NCBI RefSeq assembly: GCF_000008385.1
Contig: NC_006833.1
Span: 660,001-692,000, forward strand
Direction: 5' to 3'
From: Wolbachia endosymbiont strain TRS of Brugia malayi
GTDB taxonomy: Bacteria > Pseudomonadota > Alphaproteobacteria > Rickettsiales > Anaplasmataceae
Length of the DNA: 32,000 bases
Of the stretch, positions 1 to 10,959 are shown one piece after another. Each line of letters opens with the position of its first letter. Positions within the stretch are counted from its first letter, which is position 1. A program made the position numbers and the translations under genes. The notes below the pieces were generated by a model that saw nothing but the letters and a program-made list of their open reading frames with translations, was not told the origin of the DNA and did not search any database.

Positions 1-160
1 TTGCAGTTTTCTTCGACACACTCGGCATCTGTAGGTAATGCTAATAGTAAAATATAAGTGCAAAGCTTTTCACACTGAATATTTAAGACTAATTGCGTTA
101 TAAACCTATTAATAGTAAAGGAGAAGAACTTATCAATTTTCTGTCTTTTGGAGTATATAT

Positions 161-538
161 CTATTTAATTATATTTCGTATTAGAAAACATCCTATTAGT
201 GGAATTACAAGTGGAATGAGCCATAAAATGTAAGTACTAAATTTTACAGGTGGGACAATTATAATTGAATCTCCATAAGAATTTCTTAGCTCTGAAGTTA
301 TTTGCTCGTCAGTATATCCATCACTGATTTTTTCACGAATCATTTTGCGCATATTATATGCAACTTGGGACCCGGACTCAGATAACGACTCACCAGAACA
401 TATTGGACATTTTATCATTTCAAATAAATTAGTTGCTCGTTTTTCCATATTTTTGTCTCTGAGTTTGTCATCCAAAGTAAAAGCATTTGCGCTTGAGTAG
501 AATATCAATATGAAAAGTAAACTAATTAATATTTTCAT
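161..538 (-). CDS. ccmH: Cytochrome c-type biogenesis protein CcmH (heme lyase subunit)
   Basis: 125 aa ORF with N-terminal signal-like segment, the CPICSG heme-lyase motif (FEMIKCPICSGESLSESGSQVAYNMRKMIREKI..GYTDEQI) and a C-terminal TM segment, typical of CcmH/CycL. Confidence 0.93.
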   Translation of the reverse strand: MKILISLLFILIFYSSANAFTLDDKLRDKNMEKRATNLFEMIKCPICSGESLSESGSQVAYNMRKMIREKISDGYTDEQITSELRNSYGDSIIIVPPVKFSTYILWLIPLVIPLIGCFLIRNIIK

Positions 539-1571
539 TCTTGGTTAGTTTGGTGATTTTACTTAGTTGGTTCATAAAATCAGTGGTGGATAACTTCCCA
601 ATAAAACTTGACCCTAAGTTATCATCATATTTTATTGAAAATTGAATGCTGTCATCAGTTGTTTTTTCTGATAAGGAAGATATTAGTTTTTCAAACGCAT
701 CTGAAGTTTTTGAGTGATTTTTCTCACCAGCCAAAAGCAAGATTAATTCTTTATAATTGGATACGGCCACATTAACCTTGTTTGTGAATGAAGAGGTAAT
801 CAAGTTGTAATTTTGCACTCCACCATCTGCGGTAAGAGAAAAGTTATCACTCTGAATTAAAAATCTTTCTATATTGAAATTAACTCTGGAAGCTGAGATA
901 TGACTTATAAACTCATAATCTAATTTAGTATCAATACTAAGATAATGTTCAGGACTTGCAACATTCTTGTATCGGTAGGTATAAAAATCAAATCCTAGCT
1001 TAGTGTTTCCGCTAGGTTCTTTATTGAAATGAAATTGAATGTAGTTACTTTTACCACCTGCTTCAGTTATAACACTTTGTTGATTTCCTGAAACATTGCA
1101 TTTTAATCCATAATCTTCGTAACGAAGTATGTTTACATAGTCTATCATGGTACTATTTTTAGTAAATCGCAACGAAGATGGTAAGTCGTTTAGCTTGATA
1201 ACAAAATGGTTGTTATTACTTGTGTAGCATTTTATATTCTTTTTCTCATCATCATGAGTAGTAATATTGACTTCATTGCTTGGTATATAGATGTACACCG
1301 ATTTATCGAATAACCTGTTTTTTATCAGCAAAGCTTCAGACGAAATAGTTAACTGCTCGTTAGAAAATTTTGGGTTTGTCATGTGGAAAGTTAGGCTAGA
1401 AGGAAATCCGCTGAAGTCATAGGAAACATCGAATTTTTCATCGTTAGTATATAATATTGTTTCAGCTAAAAGATTTTTTGTCTTCCATACAGAAAAATAC
1501 CAAAAACCACTGTAAGCTATGGGGACAAACAGAAATAAAGAAATTATTGTATAGATGAAAACCTTACGCAT
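522..1571 (-). CDS. Hypothetical envelope-associated protein (possibly DUF2125-like)
   Basis: 349 aa ORF with N-terminal TM/signal anchor; overlaps the start of ccmH on the same strand. Family assignment is by general resemblance only. Confidence 0.75.
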   Translation of the reverse strand: MRKVFIYTIISLFLFVPIAYSGFWYFSVWKTKNLLAETILYTNDEKFDVSYDFSGFPSSLTFHMTNPKFSNEQLTISSEALLIKNRLFDKSVYIYIPSNEVNITTHDDEKKNIKCYTSNNNHFVIKLNDLPSSLRFTKNSTMIDYVNILRYEDYGLKCNVSGNQQSVITEAGGKSNYIQFHFNKEPSGNTKLGFDFYTYRYKNVASPEHYLSIDTKLDYEFISHISASRVNFNIERFLIQSDNFSLTADGGVQNYNLITSSFTNKVNVAVSNYKELILLLAGEKNHSKTSDAFEKLISSLSEKTTDDSIQFSIKYDDNLGSSFIGKLSTTDFMNQLSKITKLTKNENIN

Positions 1572-1574
1572 AAC

Positions 1575-1934
1575 TTAATCGTTCCCTTGTTTATCCAGTG
1601 ATATATTTCTTGTACCCTTTGGTATGGTTACACATAAACCATCGATGTCTTTTGTAATTTTTATTTGGCATCCAAGCCTTGACGTCTCTGTTAAGCTAAA
1701 AGCTAGATCTAGCATATCATTTTCTTCATCAGATATAGGATTATGTGTTTCTACAGCATCATAAAAATTTTGATCAATAATTACATGACATGTAGAACAG
1801 GCAAGAGAGCCTTCGCATGCACCTTCAAGCAGATCAGGGTCACTTCTGTGAGCTAAATTAAGTAGAGTTTCCCCCTCTGCAGCTTCATAGCTTTTCTTAC
1901 TTCCATCAGGTAAAATAAAAGTGACAGATGGCAT
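1575..1934 (-). CDS. 2Fe-2S ferredoxin, adrenodoxin/ISC type
   Basis: 119 aa with the cysteine pattern CEGSLACSTCHVII...C and LGCQI, typical of Isc-type ferredoxins. Confidence 0.93.
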   Translation of the reverse strand: MPSVTFILPDGSKKSYEAAEGETLLNLAHRSDPDLLEGACEGSLACSTCHVIIDQNFYDAVETHNPISDEENDMLDLAFSLTETSRLGCQIKITKDIDGLCVTIPKGTRNISLDKQGND

Positions 1935-1994
1935 ATTACCTTCCTATTAAGATCCTTACTAATTTTCCTATATCTTACAGGTAATAACTAGTAT

Positions 1995-3551
1995 TTGCAA
2001 ACTCTTTACGTTAAGCCTATTAATAATTTATATGACGCCTTCCTAAAACAAGTAATGCAACTGAGCAAATACAAAAATCAAAGTGTTGCTGTTTTTGGCC
2101 TTGGCAAAACTGGTTTGTCTGTCATCAATGTTCTAATAAAGAGTGGTGCAAAAGCGTATGCGTGGGATGATAGTAAAGAACAAATGGCAAATGCAAAAAC
2201 AATGTACAAAGAGTGTAATTTTATCCATCCAAAAAAATACGATTGGCACGAGATAAAAGCATTGATTTTAAGCCCTGGAGTACCAATTTCATATCCGAAG
2301 CCACATTGGATAGTAAAACTTGCAAGAAGTTTTGACTGTAAAATAAAATCGGATATTGAACTATTTCTAGAAGCTAAAGCTAAGAACCAGAAAATTGTAG
2401 GCGTCACAGGAACGAATGGCAAATCAACCACTACGTCATTAATAGGTCACATATTAAAATCTGCGGGGAAAAAAGTAGCTATTGGTGGAAATTTAGGTGT
2501 TCCTATTTTGGATCTAGAAAAAGATGCGGAAATTTATGTAATTGAAATTTCCTCTTTTCAATTAGAACTAATAAACATGCCTGCCGTTATTCCAGTGCAT
2601 GACCATACCTTTTTTTCTGGATCACAGTATCGTGCTGCTTGGATGATAAAAAGGGTATCTGAGATGACAAAAAAGATGACCGAGGTGACGAAAAGGATGG
2701 CTGGAATGATAAAGGTAGATATTTCAGTATTGCTCAACATTACCCTAGATCATATAGATAGACATGGAAGTATGGAAAATTATATAGCAGTTAAATCAAA
2801 GCTAATAGGCGGTAGTAAGGTCGCAGTGATAGGATGTGATAATGAAATTACCGCTGATATATTTAATAAATTTACTGGAAATAAGATTCCAATCTCAGGA
2901 GTACGCTCCTTATTGGATGATAAAAAGGGCGCTGAGATCCAGGAAATTTCGTTAAAACTAGAAAATCATAACTTATCAGCAAGTGACGCGAAAATAAACT
3001 TAACATCCAATGCAGAAAACATAGCAGCTTCATGTGCTGTGTGTAAGTTGCTTAAAGTAGATAGCAGCACTATTATCGACGGGATCAAATCTTTTTCAGG
3101 GTTAAAGCACAGAAATGAACTACTTGGCAAAATAGAAAATGTGCTTTTTGTAAACGATAGCAAAGCAACTAACGCTGAATCGAGCAAAAAGGCGATTTTG
3201 TCTTATAAAAACATATATTGGATCGTTGGTGGAAGAAGTAAAGAAGGTGGTATAGAGTCATTAAGCAAGCATTTTGCAAGAATTAGAAAAGCTCTTCTTA
3301 TTGGAGAATCAACAGAAGTTTTTGCAAGCACTATGGAAAATAAAGTGGATTATGTTAGATGTTGCAATTTAGAAGACGCATTTAGACTGGCTTTTGAAGA
3401 GGCTATAAAGAGCAAAGAAAAAACAACAATACTACTTTCTCCTGCATGTGCTTCTTTTGATCAGTGGAGAAATTTTGAAGAGCGTGGTGAAGCATTTTGC
3501 AGAATGTTTGAAAAACTCAGGGATTCATTTACAATTACACGTGTTGTTTAA
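1995..3551 (+). CDS. murD: UDP-N-acetylmuramoylalanine--D-glutamate ligase MurD, with an in-frame insertion of about 43 aa
   Basis: 518 aa; Mur ligase motifs GVTGTNGKSTTTSLIGHIL, EISSFQLELI, NITLDHIDRHGSMENY, NDSKATNAESSKKAI, LLSPACASFDQW. Confidence 0.95.
   Translation: MQTLYVKPINNLYDAFLKQVMQLSKYKNQSVAVFGLGKTGLSVINVLIKSGAKAYAWDDSKEQMANAKTMYKECNFIHPKKYDWHEIKALILSPGVPISYPKPHWIVKLARSFDCKIKSDIELFLEAKAKNQKIVGVTGTNGKSTTTSLIGHILKSAGKKVAIGGNLGVPILDLEKDAEIYVIEISSFQLELINMPAVIPVHDHTFFSGSQYRAAWMIKRVSEMTKKMTEVTKRMAGMIKVDISVLLNITLDHIDRHGSMENYIAVKSKLIGGSKVAVIGCDNEITADIFNKFTGNKIPISGVRSLLDDKKGAEIQEISLKLENHNLSASDAKINLTSNAENIAASCAVCKLLKVDSSTIIDGIKSFSGLKHRNELLGKIENVLFVNDSKATNAESSKKAILSYKNIYWIVGGRSKEGGIESLSKHFARIRKALLIGESTEVFASTMENKVDYVRCCNLEDAFRLAFEEAIKSKEKTTILLSPACASFDQWRNFEERGEAFCRMFEKLRDSFTITRVV
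2583..2711 (+). repeat. Palindromic repeat element inserted in frame within murD (Wolbachia/Rickettsia palindromic-element-like)
   Basis: Encodes AVIPVHDHTFFSGSQYRAAWMIKRVSEMTKKMTEVTKRMAGMI, interrupting the MurD segment SSFQLELINMP / KVDISVLLNITLDHIDRHG. Near-terminal arms attccag...ctggaat are inverted. The core ctggatcacagtatcgtgctgcttggatgat resembles ctggatctcagtgtcaaggcactgggatgat near 13.69 kb. Confidence 0.75.
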
Positions 3552-3563
3552 TACAATATTGTT

Positions 3564-4163
3564 GTGGAACAAGATGAAATAAGGTTGATAATAGATGAGC
3601 TAATCAGGATTATTCCATTTGAAGGGATAAGCGATAAGACTCTATTAAAAGTGTGCACAGACCTTAATCTAGCCAATAGCTTTTGCAAATTTCAGAATGG
3701 AATATATAGTGCTTTGGAGTGCATAGTAGAGGACTTGAATAGTTCAATGGAAGCTGAACTTCGGAATTTTAACTTGGAAGATATGAAAGTGCAGGAGCAA
3801 ATAAAGTTAGCTGTTCAAATATGCCTATCAAACTATGCTACGCTACCAAATTACAGAGAGTTTTTAAAAAATATTCTATCCTTTTCTGTATTACCAAAAA
3901 ATATATACTTTTCTAGTAAACTCTTATGCAGAATAGTCGATATGATTTGGTATGGTATTCACGATCAATCAACAGATTTTAATTACTATACAAAACGGGC
4001 AATATTGGCTGGGGTATATTTAAGCATAATACTCTTTTTTATTAATGACTATTCAGAAGGTTTTGCAGATACTCTATCATTTCTTGATAGGTGCATTAAC
4101 AATGTCATGACGTTTCAAAAGTTTAAAATCCATCTAAAAGAAATTGTAGGAAGTTTTCTATAG
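3564..4163 (+). CDS. COQ9-like ubiquinone biosynthesis protein
   Basis: 199 aa with STDFNYYTKRAILAGVYLSIILFFINDYSEGFADTLSFLDRCINNVM, resembling the conserved COQ9 C-terminal domain. Confidence 0.8.
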   Translation: MEQDEIRLIIDELIRIIPFEGISDKTLLKVCTDLNLANSFCKFQNGIYSALECIVEDLNSSMEAELRNFNLEDMKVQEQIKLAVQICLSNYATLPNYREFLKNILSFSVLPKNIYFSSKLLCRIVDMIWYGIHDQSTDFNYYTKRAILAGVYLSIILFFINDYSEGFADTLSFLDRCINNVMTFQKFKIHLKEIVGSFL

Positions 4164-4251
4164 GCCTTTTATTATATTAGGCTATATTTTAGAGCTACCT
4201 TGGTTTTTTTCAATTTTTATGTTAAAATGACTGAATATTCACTAATGGTAA

Positions 4252-4494
4252 ATGAGAGTTATTTATTATACCGATGGTAATATTAAGCTAAAAGAAGGTA
4301 CGCAACATATAATAAACTTTTTTGGAGTGCTTAAATGTATTAAGGTTAATACGTTTGGTAAAGGTGCACCTAAAAAGCAAGAAAGTAAATTAGTTAAGCA
4401 TTATTTTGACTATCCTTATTTTTCTAGAATTGTTAATCCAAAATTCTTTGAAGAGGAACTGAAGGATAAAGCAAAAAATTTGTTGCAAGGATAA
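4252..4494 (+). CDS. Small hypothetical protein
   Basis: 80 aa ORF immediately followed by another same-strand ORF; no recognised domain. Confidence 0.4.
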   Translation: MRVIYYTDGNIKLKEGTQHIINFFGVLKCIKVNTFGKGAPKKQESKLVKHYFDYPYFSRIVNPKFFEEELKDKAKNLLQG

Positions 4495-4508
4495 TATCGC
4501 TATGGATC

Positions 4509-4739
4509 ATGTTCTGCAATATTATCTACGCTTCTGCTACATTACTATACTTAGTGTATAATAATCAAAGATCAAAAAAGATACTTACTGGGTTAGCTTT
4601 TATGTCAATAGTGTTATTAATTTTAGCTACCATATATTTTTTTGTGATTTGCTTATGGATGTTTTTCGACCTTATTAAGGAAAGGTTTGTTGTACATAGA
4701 ATAAAAAGCTTTTTAGAAAATGAAGTCAGCCCTGAGTAG
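4509..4739 (+). CDS. Small hypothetical membrane protein
   Basis: 76 aa ORF with two hydrophobic segments (IVLLILATIYFFVICLWMFFDLI), 14 nt after the previous ORF. Confidence 0.4.
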   Translation: MFCNIIYASATLLYLVYNNQRSKKILTGLAFMSIVLLILATIYFFVICLWMFFDLIKERFVVHRIKSFLENEVSPE

Positions 4740-5518
4740 ATAAAGCGTTATGAAAAAGAACTTATAAAAAGTTCAGAAATGGGTACAAAAGCTCACAATC
4801 AAGAGTCGGAAAAAGATATAGAGGATATTATAGAGTTCCTTTTAAAAAGAGAAGGTCGTAGCACTATATAACTTTCCAACAAATGGAGAAGAATTAGTTC
4901 AAGCTGAAATGGCAATGGGGTAAACATGTTGCCTGTAAATGAGATACATCTAAACAACATAGTTTTAGATATTAACTCTATTGGAGCGAGAATTGCAGCA
5001 GAAGTTTTAAAAAGGTTTGAAGATCATGGTATTCATTTGACACTAATTCACAGTAATTCTTATAGTTTGCTTAAAGATGCAACTAATAACTTTCCTCATG
5101 GAATAAGGACTTTTTCACAAGGTGGCTTCCTATAAAATCCTTGAATTTTTGGTTTTGGTGTTACAGATTAGATTTTAATCCACGGGAAGTTGTAAAATAC
5201 AAAATGCTCTGTATTAATTGCTAGTAGGAAAGGCGATAATGTAATTCCAAGGAAGCGCAATTTGTCGATAAACTTAGCGATCAACTAGCTGAAATAGGGT
5301 AGCTCAGAAGAAACATAGTGCTTAAACATGACCCTAAAGAAAAAGATTGTAAAAATAAAAATATTCATACCGATCATAAAGGACATTTAATTTATCGTGA
5401 GAGTAATAGTGGTATGGCAAATTACAAAGATATAGAAAATGGTATCCATTCAGCGGAGTAGCAAAATAAGATAGACAAGGTAGTATAAAAGATAACGATA
5501 GAGCAAAAGTGAGGTAAT

Positions 5519-6660
5519 ATGGTAAATCTTTTAGAACTTTACAGAAGTCTGGAGCAGAAAATAGCAAAGTTAGAAACAAAAATAGAAAGATTGGAAAGAG
5601 AGAATGAAAGTCTAAAGGCAGAGAACAAGACTTTGAAGATAGAAAATGCTGAGTTAAAGGAAAAGCTCGGTTTAAATTCAAAAAATTCATTATGTGATAA
5701 ACCATACATCCACCAAGTTGATCTTCCGAAGATCGAGTCTTATGTAATGGAATATCAACTTACCGGAAGGTGTTATACCAGACACATTTAGGCCAAGGGT
5801 TAAGTTGATAATTGCAGCATTCAGCAAGTTTTATAAAAATTCGAAATATGGAATAGCGAATATTATAATGACATTTTCAATGTGAACATAAGTGTTGGTA
5901 GCATATCAAACAGTGAACATAGAATAGCTTCAAAATGTGAAGAAATGTATTAGCAGATTAAACAAGAAGTAAGTACAAGCAAAGTTCTTTATATTGACGA
6001 AACCAGCCATTACAATAAAGGTAAGCTTAGTTAGTGCTGGATGTTTACAAGTAATACGGCAAGTTTTGTAAAGTTGACAGAGTTAAGAGGAATGAAAGTT
6101 TAAAAAAATAGTAAATTCTGCAATTGTCATAGCTTAGTAATAACTAACAGGTATGCAGCATACGGTTATTTTACTGATAAAAAGAGACAGATTTGTTGGA
6201 CTCATTTATCAAGAGATTTTGAAAGATTAGCCTATAGTTGTAACAGAGAAGTCAAAGTTCTCGCCTGTTATTTAAGAAACGTTGCTGCTGAGTTATTTGC
6301 ACTAAAAGAGCCTTACTAAAGAATGAGATAGATATTTTAAGATTTGTCAGGCGTACCAGAAAATTGTGAAAGTGCACAAGGTATTACTTGAAGGAGATAT
6401 CCCAGTTACCTAAAACAATTGGAGCCTCTCGAGTTGCAAAAAATATTTTGAAGTTGAAAGGACGATGTGGAAATTTTTGGATGAACCAGGAAACATTCTG
6501 CTAACGAACAACCATACTGAACGGCAAACACTGCATTATATCGTTTATACAAAAATCCATATTTTACATAATCGGGACAAAGAAATGCATTTTTTGAATG
6601 GGTAATTTCATTATACTTAACATGGAAACAAAAGGAGCTAAATCCTTTCCATAATCTCCT
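5519..6660 (+). pseudogene. Degenerate IS66-family transposase (TnpC-like)
   Basis: 5519-5790 gives coiled-coil LEQKIAKLETKIERLERENESLKAENKTLKIENAELKEKLGLNSKNS then KPYIHQVDLPKIESYVMEYQL. Downstream frames give WMFTSNTASFVKLTELRGMKV, YAAYGYFTDKKRQICWTHLSRDFERLAYSCNREVKVL, NVAAELFALKE and remnants of NNHAERQ..HYIVYRKNSYFTQ (read as TTILNGK LHYIVYTKIHILHNRDKE) and LYLTWKQKG. Several stops and frameshifts. Confidence 0.8.
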
Positions 6661-6704
6661 ATCTATCGTCTCTCACACCGCTTAGCTGAATGGATACGAA
6701 TTTA

Positions 6705-6990
6705 CTAGGCAGAAAAAAGGCAAAAAAAACCTTTGTTAGATAGTGTTCACTCTCTAATCCTACAAATTTGGCGCACTATACTGTCTTAAATGGTTTATAA
6801 GCGCATTTCAGCTTATATAGATAAAACCTAGATGGTGTAAGACATAAGGTGCACATAGTGCAAAAGATTAAATATTAAGATGCCAAACACATAATAATTT
6901 GTCATTTAACCTGCACAGATCAAAGATAACTGAATACTTTTACTACTATAGTAAGAAAGCTGGCAGAGTTTACCAAGCAGTTTTTTCGGG
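6705..6990 (+). repeat. Diverged dispersed repeat, copy A
   Basis: Resembles the reverse complement of 24930-25232: shared aaaaaaggcaaaaaaa-cc, gtcttaaatg.ttt.taagc.c.tttcagctt.tatag.taa, catagtgcaaaagattaaa, ttgtcattt.a.ctg.acagat, aagaaagctggca.agt.t..caag.a.tttttt. Confidence 0.65.
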
Positions 6991-7147
6991 ATACTTAAAT
7001 GACGGCTTGGCAAAAACTACATAGTTTGCAAAAAGTACAATGAACCATGGCTGTCGAAAACCTCATCTTCATTGGTCATAGATAAGGCAGTTTTTGTTCA
7101 AGTAATGCTGAAACTCTACGTATATAAAACTATTTTGGCTCTAGTAT

Positions 7148-10100
7148 CTAAACGTTTTGTATTTGCTGTAATGACTTCACTTCCATCTCACTATTCTTTA
7201 CATATTGAATTGCAAGCACTAATGCTTTACTTCCAGAAGCTGTGGTACTGTAAGCTATATTCTGCAAAATAGCAGTTCTGCGAATATCTCTGCTATCTGA
7301 AACTGATTTCACACCTTTTGAGGTATTAATCACTAGATTTATTTTTCCATCTTTAAGCATGTCAACTATGTGGGGTCTGCCTTCTCTCACTTTATTTACA
7401 GCTTTCGCAGCAATGCCATTATTATTCAGATATGAAGCTGTACCTTTGGTAGCATATATTCCAAAATTCATCTCTTTCAACATTCGTGCAATTGGCAATA
7501 TATACTCTTTATCGTCATCTTTTACTGAAATTAGAGCTGTTCCTTTTGTTGGTAACTTATATCCTGCAGCCATGTGCACTTTTGCAAGTGCTGCTTCAAA
7601 GGACAAGTCAATTCCCATTACTTCCCCTGTTGACTTCATTTCTGGGCCAAGTAGAGTATCAATCCCTGAAAAACGCGTAAACGGAAAAACAGCAGCTTTA
7701 ACTGCGAAGTGATTAAGAGATTTTTTTTCTTGGTCTAATTTTTTGCCCAAAATAACCTGAGTAGCAAGCTTTGCAATAGGAACATTAATTACCTTGGAAA
7801 TAAAAGGAACTGTACGGCTAGCTCTTAGGTTCACTTCAAGTATGTATATATCATTTTCTTGTATGGCAAATTGAATGTTTATCAGACCTCTCACTTTTAA
7901 TTCAAGAGCTACTCTTTCAGTCTGTAGCTCAATCTCTTTTACGACTTCATCATTTAACGTGTTTGTCGGTATTGAGCAGGTTGAATCACCAGAGTGAATT
8001 CCAGCTTCTTCAATATGCTCCATAACTGCCGCAATGAAAACTTTTTCTCCATCACATATAGCGTCAACATCAACCTCAACTGCATTAACTAAGAACTTAT
8101 CAAGCAGCAGTGGTCCATGTTCAAAAATTTTAGTTTGACCCAGGACATATTCCTTAAAGCTCTCAATATCGTGCTTAATTGACATGGATTGACCACCTAA
8201 GACATAGGATGGCCTAACTACTAATGGAAAACCCACTTTTTCTGCGTTAGCCAACGCTTCTTCTACTGAATGACAAATAGAATTTTCAGGTTGTTTTAAA
8301 TTAAGTTGCAAAGCAAGGTTTTTAAACCTCATACGATCTTCAGCAAGATCTATAGAGTCAAAAGACGTGCCCAGGATATTAAAACCCCTTTTATTCAGTA
8401 CCTTTGCTAACCTTAAAGGTGTTTGACCACCTATCTGAACTATGGCACCTACTAGTGTACCATTTTCTTGCTCTTTACTTAGTATCTCAAGTACATCCTC
8501 TATAGTTAACGGAGCAAAATACAAACGATCAGCAGTATCATAATCAGTTGAAACAGTTTCAGGATTACAGTTAATCATTATTGTTTCGTATCCCATCTCT
8601 TTGGCAGCAGAAACTGCATGCACACACGCGTAGTCAAACTCAATACCTTGACCAATACGGTTTGGTCCACTACCCAAAATTACAACCTTTTTTCGATTAG
8701 AAACGTCCGCTTCGCATTCTGTCTTATTTACAACGTCTCCCTCATAACAACCATACATATAAGCAGTGCTCGATTCAAATTCAGCCGCACACGTATCTAC
8801 ACATTTATAAACTGGGCTAACACCAAACTTTTTTCTCATTTTTTCAATCTGTTCTATTTGGTCTACAGTGCATGAAGCTGGAATAGATTTATTGCTTAAC
8901 TTTGCCAACCTTGCATCTGAAAATCCCATCTTTTTTAGTTCTAATATTTCGTACGCGGTTTCAGGTAGGCCAGTTTCTTTAATTTTCTGTTCAGCCAAGA
9001 TGATTTGCTGTATGTTCTGCAAAAACCATAAGTCATACCCTGTAATTGAATTTATCTCTTCTATGCTAATTCCATGACGCATTGCGTCAGCAGCAATTAA
9101 TAATCTATTTGGCAACAATTTCGCTAATTGAGATTTTATGTGATCAACATCCGTATCCTCAGGAAACACCTCATCAAGTCCTGTAAGGCCAGTTTCAAGT
9201 GAGCGGAAAGCTTTCTGTAGTGACTCATTAAAAGTGCGACCTATAGACATTACTTCTCCTACTGATTTCATGGAAGTTGACAGTTCACAGTCCGTTTCTT
9301 TAAATTTTTCGAACTCAAAACGAGGAACCTTAGTGACAACATAATCAACCACTGGTTCAAATGCAGCAGGTATAGTTGGTGCACAATCGTTGCGTATTTC
9401 ATCAAGTGAATAGCCAATAGCAAGCTTAGTTGCAACTTTTGCTATGGGGTAACCTGTTGCCTTTGAGGCAAGCGCAGAAGAGCGGGAAACTCTTGGATTC
9501 ATTTCAATTACAACAAGGCTTCCATCTTCTTTAGGATTAACCGCAAATTGAACATTTGCACCACCTGCACTAACATCAATTTCCCTAAGCACTGCTATAG
9601 ATGCATTTCTCATTTGTTGGTACTCCGCATCACGCAGAGTCAAAGCGGGGGCAACGGTAATGCTATCACCTGTGTGAACTCCCATGGGATCAACATTTTC
9701 TATCGAACAGACTATTATACAGTTATCTTTGCAATCGCGAATAACTTCCATTTCATATTCTTTCCAGCCGATAATCGATTCATCTACCTGAACTTCATTT
9801 ATCGGTGAAACTTTCAAAGCATTCTCCACAATGTTGAAAAACTCCTTCTTATTGTACGCTATGCCGCTACCTGCACCACCAAGAGTAAACGATGAACGGA
9901 TGATCGCAGGTAACCCTACATAATCGAGAGCTTCCTTTATTTGTTCTCGATTTTTTATAATGATACTTCTAGGGTATTTTAATCCTATTTTATCCATAGA
10001 TTGGCGAAATAATTCTCTATCCTCTGCTTTTTTAATTGCTTCTCTATTTACGCCAATTAACTTTACGTTATATTTATCCAATACTCCATCATCTGCAAGT

Positions 10101-10402
10101 TTCATTGCACAGTTCAAAGCAGTTTGCCCGCCCATTGTTGGTAATATTGCATCTGGCTTCTCTTTAATTATGATTTCTTCTATGATTTCAGGCAGTATAG
10201 GTTCAATATACGTTGCATCAGAAAACTCAGGATCCGTCATTATAGTCGCAGGATTAGAATTAACCAAAATAACCTTATAATTCTCGTTCTTTAATACCTT
10301 GCAACTCTGAGTTCCGGAATAATCGAATTCGCATGCCTGACCTATAATTATCGGACCTGCCCCTATTACTAATATAGATTCTATATCTGTACGTTTTGGC
10401 AT
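7148..10402 (-). CDS. carB: Carbamoyl-phosphate synthase large subunit
   Basis: [32 protein letters not shown] start, duplicated ATP-grasp domains, [43 protein letters not shown]-like [23 protein letters not shown]. The supplied ORF extends to 10438, but the conserved start is the internal Met at about 10402. Confidence 0.97.
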   Translation of the reverse strand: MPKRTDIESILVIGAGPIIIGQACEFDYSGTQSCKVLKNENYKVILVNSNPATIMTDPEFSDATYIEPILPEIIEEIIIKEKPDAILPTMGGQTALNCAMKLADDGVLDKYNVKLIGVNREAIKKAEDRELFRQSMDKIGLKYPRSIIIKNREQIKEALDYVGLPAIIRSSFTLGGAGSGIAYNKKEFFNIVENALKVSPINEVQVDESIIGWKEYEMEVIRDCKDNCIIVCSIENVDPMGVHTGDSITVAPALTLRDAEYQQMRNASIAVLREIDVSAGGANVQFAVNPKEDGSLVVIEMNPRVSRSSALASKATGYPIAKVATKLAIGYSLDEIRNDCAPTIPAAFEPVVDYVVTKVPRFEFEKFKETDCELSTSMKSVGEVMSIGRTFNESLQKAFRSLETGLTGLDEVFPEDTDVDHIKSQLAKLLPNRLLIAADAMRHGISIEEINSITGYDLWFLQNIQQIILAEQKIKETGLPETAYEILELKKMGFSDARLAKLSNKSIPASCTVDQIEQIEKMRKKFGVSPVYKCVDTCAAEFESSTAYMYGCYEGDVVNKTECEADVSNRKKVVILGSGPNRIGQGIEFDYACVHAVSAAKEMGYETIMINCNPETVSTDYDTADRLYFAPLTIEDVLEILSKEQENGTLVGAIVQIGGQTPLRLAKVLNKRGFNILGTSFDSIDLAEDRMRFKNLALQLNLKQPENSICHSVEEALANAEKVGFPLVVRPSYVLGGQSMSIKHDIESFKEYVLGQTKIFEHGPLLLDKFLVNAVEVDVDAICDGEKVFIAAVMEHIEEAGIHSGDSTCSIPTNTLNDEVVKEIELQTERVALELKVRGLINIQFAIQENDIYILEVNLRASRTVPFISKVINVPIAKLATQVILGKKLDQEKKSLNHFAVKAAVFPFTRFSGIDTLLGPEMKSTGEVMGIDLSFEAALAKVHMAAGYKLPTKGTALISVKDDDKEYILPIARMLKEMNFGIYATKGTASYLNNNGIAAKAVNKVREGRPHIVDMLKDGKINLVINTSKGVKSVSDSRDIRRTAILQNIAYSTTASGSKALVLAIQYVKNSEMEVKSLQQIQNV

Positions 10403-10959
10403 AATTATAATAATGATCTCTCTAGGTAATGTTACCAATCTTTCCTATATATGTGAATTTTTATTAGACTTATGTGCCAACCACTTCAGGCCCACAACTA
10501 TACAAACATCGTGATTTGATAACAGGATTCAAGTAGCTCATAAAAATGTAAAGCCCATTTTACAGGCCTTAAGAACCCTTATATGGGGATGTTTTAGACC
10601 TAAAATTTATCCTTAATCTTTATTTAAGTGACAAAAGCACATTATTAAACTAGGTGTGTTATGTTTAATTTTTCTTATATAGACACTCCATGTCTTTATA
10701 AATTTTTATCTACGTTAGCTGAATCTCGCTTATTAAGTAATGTAATAAGCGCCAAGTTTTTGAGAGAACAGTAAACAACTCACATTGCATTGTTCTTTTT
10801 GTCTTTATTTAAGAATTAGTTCAAAAATCAACTAATCTTCTTTTTTTATAAAGAAATTATTTGAAAAACTTCTGCATTACCCTTATCGTGACGTTATGGA
10901 TATTTATAATTCCAAGGTTGACTACTTACCAAGCATATAAGACATTAATGTCAAGTTCC

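Noticed and set aside
1-120. Possible partial minus-strand CDS with a signal-like peptide (LCTYILLLALPTDAECVEENC)
   Set aside because: Too short, no clear start codon, and cut by the window edge; not supportable as a feature.
2078-3187. Minus-strand ORFs opposite murD (117, 60 and 73 aa)
   Set aside because: Antisense of a clear Mur ligase gene, low-complexity composition.
5334-5705. Minus-strand 123 aa ORF rich in Phe/Leu
   Set aside because: Antisense of the Lys/Glu-rich transposase coiled-coil; its composition is an artefact of AT-rich complement.
7359-10280. Seven plus-strand ORFs of 64-117 aa opposite carB
   Set aside because: They are antisense shadows of a strongly conserved carB frame, with no independent domain signal.
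10403-10438. N-terminal extension [12 protein letters not shown] of the carB ORF
   Set aside because: Not part of the conserved CarB N-terminus; [17 protein letters not shown] is the expected start.
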